Below, piece by piece: positions 60,846-64,000 of a stretch of 64,000 nt of DNA (position 1 is the stretch's first letter; every line of letters begins with the position of its first letter). The notes beneath the pieces are model-generated. The model was not told where the DNA came from and ran no database searches. It saw nothing but the letters and a program-made list of their open reading frames with translations. The stretch lies in NCBI GenBank assembly GCA_027317865.1, contig DAHVQG010000009.1, positions 64,001-128,000 on the forward strand. The letters run 5' to 3'. This DNA comes from Bdellovibrionales bacterium. GTDB lineage: Bacteria > Bdellovibrionota > Bdellovibrionia > Bdellovibrionales > UBA1609. Position numbers and translations under genes: made by a program.

Positions 60846-61389
60846 GTGACGAGCGCATTGCGACGTCAACTTTCATATCGATCGTTGTGGTCCAAGAGCG
60901 CGGAATAAAAATGGTGAGCCCGCCGATTTGATACGCGAGTGGCACAAAAACTGCCACTCGATCTTCTTTTGTCACCTGTTTGGGTAAATCGTTTAAATTT
61001 TGGCGCGTTACAAAACCCACAAACTCGGCGGCAAAGCCAGGGATTCGAACAACCACAACTTGGCGCTCAACTTTGTGTTCCGGTGAAAAATAATCCGAAA
61101 GACTTTTGAACGCCGAATAAATGCTCTTAACAATTGGTACGTTTTTAAATGGCAACTCGAAAGCCGTCATAATTTTGCGCGCAAACGGCACGGCCGTAAA
61201 TAATCCCATTGCGTAAATGATGACAATGCCGAGAATCAGACCGAGGCCCGGAAAATAAATATGGCTGGGCAAGACTTCACGTGCCGCGTCTTCGGTCCAA
61301 TGCAAAAACGAAAACAAAATAACGACAGTTAAACCTGCAGGCAGGAGAGTGAAAACGCCGCGCAAGAAATGTTTCGAAAACTGTTTCAT
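60766..61389 (-). CDS. DUF502 family membrane protein
   Basis: FLRG..LLP, PIVKSIYSAFK, GFVT, VAVFVP. Confidence 0.85.
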   Translation of the reverse strand: MKQFSKHFLRGVFTLLPAGLTVVILFSFLHWTEDAAREVLPSHIYFPGLGLILGIVIIYAMGLFTAVPFARKIMTAFELPFKNVPIVKSIYSAFKSLSDYFSPEHKVERQVVVVRIPGFAAEFVGFVTRQNLNDLPKQVTKEDRVAVFVPLAYQIGGLTIFIPRSWTTTIDMKVDVAMRSSLTAWMPIRDQEGGELHSAQTHSPSTD

Positions 61390-62573
61390 AATGTAACCCC
61401 GTTAAGAATGTACTCTTTCAACGGCTCTCGCAAGTTATATTGGCTGGACATCACGTACCCATAGGCACCGACATCCAAAATCGCCAACCGGTCCCCGGCT
61501 TTTATATCAGACGGCATCACGCGTTTGTAACCTAAAACATCGGCGCTTTCACAAATCGGTCCGACAATATCAAAAACCTGAGTGCGCCCGTCGGATGATT
61601 TAGCTGCTGTTCGGCCACCAATCCGAAGAATGCGATGATGGGCCTCATAAAGTGCGGGGCGCATAAGCGCGTTCATCCCCGCATCAACAATGACAAAATT
61701 TTTATACGGCGTACGTTTCACATACTGAACTTCGGTAATCAAGGCGCCAAACCGCGCGATCAAAATACGCCCTGGTTCAAAATCAATTCGGTTTACAATC
61801 GAAGGCACTTCAGTTTCTATCATTTTGCCATAGGCCGCGATTAATTCTTCGTCTTTCGCCAAATCGGCACTTAAATAGTCAATACCAACGCCACCACCTA
61901 CATCAAATGACGTCAGCGTAAACCCTTGCGTATTTAATTGTTGCCAGAGCTTGAAGGTCTTTCGAATGGCTTGGCGAAATGCCACAAGGTCGCGAATCTG
62001 CGAACCGATATGCAGGGTCAGGCCTTGCAGGGTAAGCACGTTCGCATGAGTTTTTAATATTTCAACCGCATTTGGAATTTCAGAAAAATCAAAACCAAAT
62101 TTATTTTCGTGAAATCCGGTACGGATATACGGATGAGTATCAACTTCGATATCAGGATTCATCCGGAGCGCGACTCGGGCCTGCTTTTTTGCCTGTGCCG
62201 CCAGATCAGCGATTCGTTCAAGTTCAGGCAAACTCTCAACATTGAGTTGATGAATATTCATTTCAAGCGCCGCCGAGATTTCATCCGCCGTCTTGCCCAC
62301 GCCTGAGAAAATCATCTCTTCGGGGGTAAATCCAGCTTCGTGCGCGCGCCTCATTTCGCCCGCAGAGACCAAGTCGACCCCTAAGCCACATTCATGTAAA
62401 GCTTTGAGGATCTCAAGGTTATTGTTCGATTTCATTGCAAAATGAATATGTGCATTCGCAGGTAGAGAGCTTTTAAATTTGGCAACTCGACCACGAAGGC
62501 CGGCCAGATCATAAACATAAAACGGCGTTGGCAATTGGCTTAGTTTAGGATGGGCATAAAAGGGATTTGCCAT
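61386..62573 (-). CDS. lysA: Diaminopimelate decarboxylase
   Basis: TPFYVYD, FAMKSN, SGVGKT, KFG, HIGSQ, EPGR, GPICESAD, GAYG. Confidence 0.95.
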   Translation of the reverse strand: MANPFYAHPKLSQLPTPFYVYDLAGLRGRVAKFKSSLPANAHIHFAMKSNNNLEILKALHECGLGVDLVSAGEMRRAHEAGFTPEEMIFSGVGKTADEISAALEMNIHQLNVESLPELERIADLAAQAKKQARVALRMNPDIEVDTHPYIRTGFHENKFGFDFSEIPNAVEILKTHANVLTLQGLTLHIGSQIRDLVAFRQAIRKTFKLWQQLNTQGFTLTSFDVGGGVGIDYLSADLAKDEELIAAYGKMIETEVPSIVNRIDFEPGRILIARFGALITEVQYVKRTPYKNFVIVDAGMNALMRPALYEAHHRILRIGGRTAAKSSDGRTQVFDIVGPICESADVLGYKRVMPSDIKAGDRLAILDVGAYGYVMSSQYNLREPLKEYILNGVTL

Positions 62574-62575
62574 AG

Positions 62576-63619
62576 TTAGTTGCTCGAGCTCTTTTTTAAA
62601 ATAAACTGTAGTCCAACTAAAAATTCATACTTTTGAAAAGTGAAGCCAGAACTGAAGCTGGGACCGCCCTGTGCAAAAAGCAAAAAACGTCGCCATGCCG
62701 GCGTTGTTGCTCCTATGTTCAAGGATAACGGTGGATCGTCTTGAAATAGAGATTCGTCGCGACCTTCAATATAACCGGTTAGGCGATGATATCGAGCCTG
62801 CAGGCCAGTTCCCAAAACCGTTGAAACCGCGGGTCCAAACCGCGTGTCATAGCGGGGTCGAACGGCTTCCGCCACTATACCAAAAAAATGTCCTGAACGG
62901 CTTTGCATACCAATTTCTGCATCAGCGTCGTTACCGCTCCCGGTATAAATATTGAACGCATTGTTGGTTGCGATATTTAAAATACCAATTTGGCCAAACT
63001 TGTTTGATTTTGCAATATTGACAAGACCGTATTGCATGCCCGTGACGTTCTTTGCCAAATTCACAATGCCGATTTGGGCGCCGATCACGTCTGCGGAGGT
63101 ATTGACAATGCCCGTGTCGGCTCCTTTTAGATTTCCACTTACGTTTACGACACCATCTTGATAACCGTTAACTTTGCCGGAAGTATTTAATATACCAATT
63201 TCTGCTCCAAGATGCACATCGGCGGCTCTATTTAAAACGCTGATTTGCGCGCCGTAAAGGTCCTTGGCGTAATTGTATATGTCGGAGATCTGCGCACCAA
63301 CCATTTTACCTTCAGTAACGTTCCCAGCGATAGATACCACGGCACCCGTTACGTTACCTTTCCATAATCCGACGCCTACACTAATGGCTGCGCCCTTCAA
63401 GGAATACCATTTGCCGTATAGCAAATTGAAATCGAAATTGTGAACTGTAGGAACGTTCTCAAAATTACTGTCGATCGGTGAAAAAATAGCGAAGCCAACA
63501 GGGACGTAAGCCGGTTTAATCACCTTTAGTGGTTTTATTGAGGATGACGCATAAGCAATGTGGAATAAAATTGTGGGTAAAAAAACGACCGCAAAAAAGA
63601 TGAAACGTTTTCTACACAT
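62576..63619 (-). CDS. Secreted beta-helix repeat protein (LA_2272-like) with C-terminal beta region
   Basis: Tandem ~15-aa GxQxGxxN repeats (GAQISVLN, GAEIGILN, GAQIGIVN, GMQYGLVN). Confidence 0.75.
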   Translation of the reverse strand: MCRKRFIFFAVVFLPTILFHIAYASSSIKPLKVIKPAYVPVGFAIFSPIDSNFENVPTVHNFDFNLLYGKWYSLKGAAISVGVGLWKGNVTGAVVSIAGNVTEGKMVGAQISDIYNYAKDLYGAQISVLNRAADVHLGAEIGILNTSGKVNGYQDGVVNVSGNLKGADTGIVNTSADVIGAQIGIVNLAKNVTGMQYGLVNIAKSNKFGQIGILNIATNNAFNIYTGSGNDADAEIGMQSRSGHFFGIVAEAVRPRYDTRFGPAVSTVLGTGLQARYHRLTGYIEGRDESLFQDDPPLSLNIGATTPAWRRFLLFAQGGPSFSSGFTFQKYEFLVGLQFILKKSSSN

Positions 63620-64000
63620 CTAAATCAAACTCGGTGTGCAGGGCCTCAGCGACTTCTTTGAGCTGGTTTTTTGCCACGACGGCGCTGATTTTAATATCTG
63701 ACGTTGTCACCAAATGAACATCCACATCGTGTTCTTTAAAAACTTTAAAAAATCGCGCCGCCACCCCGGGATGATTTTTCATGCCCACGCCAATAACCGA
63801 AATTTTTGCCATATCCCGCATCACCGTCACCTCGGTTTCGCTATCCAAAACCGTGTGCAAAACTTTTTCGGTTTGCACCAAATCCTCTTCTGGGATCGAA
63901 AAATGAAGCCGCTGGCGGTCGGGGCGATCGCTCCCGCTTTGGGTAATAATATCAACCACAATATTTTTCTCAGCCAAGCGCCCGAAAAGGTCGGCTAAAA
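63612..64000 (-). CDS. lysC: Aspartate kinase, C-terminal ACT domains (5' part outside window)
   Basis: NIVVDIITQ, AKISVIGVGMKNHPGVAARFF, TTSDIKIS, LHTEF. Confidence 0.88.
   Translation of the reverse strand, partial: LADLFGRLAEKNIVVDIITQSGSDRPDRQRLHFSIPEEDLVQTEKVLHTVLDSETEVTVMRDMAKISVIGVGMKNHPGVAARFFKVFKEHDVDVHLVTTSDIKISAVVAKNQLKEVAEALHTEFDLDV

Noticed and set aside
1-64000. CRISPR array, rRNA, reverse transcriptase/retron, IS transposase, phage structural genes
   Set aside because: I saw no repeat-spacer periodicity or diagnostic motifs; the remaining short ORFs in the track are antisense or alternate-frame shadows of called genes

Overview
Bacterial chromosomal window that looks like a Bdellovibrionota (predatory Bdellovibrio-like) genome. 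This is inferred from many orphan secreted proteins, a VWA lipoprotein, an AFQNC lipobox, a Tyr-less HD-GYP protein and sigma28/sigma54 promoter motifs. Most of 1-42 kb and 56.2-64 kb is housekeeping or metabolic (ltaE, hutG, queG, cca, sufE, yebC, nucleoside and polyamine ABC transporters, beta-oxidation genes, GMP reductase-like, murI, lysA, lysC), mixed with secreted hypothetical proteins. The main finding is an ~8.1 kb integrative element (48011-56142) at the 3' end of tRNA-Leu(TAA). It carries a large serine recombinase, a Replic_Relax-like relaxase with an adjacent nested hairpin, a SAMHD1-like HD dNTPase and an Mrr-like nuclease operon. The recombinase ORF runs through the attachment core and stops inside the antisense of the tRNA. 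At the far junction, the same TGGTGCCC core opens a start-less 49-codon frame in the matching register. Excision is therefore predicted to swap the integrase C-terminus (4 aa for 47 aa) and couple a further small gene to it. Other notable signals are a structured RNA/small-ORF locus with a perfect 12-nt SD (12360-12577), a recurring CxxIL-like motif in orphan secreted proteins, and a carbonic anhydrase-methyltransferase fusion. All calls come from reading the sequence; no database searches were run.
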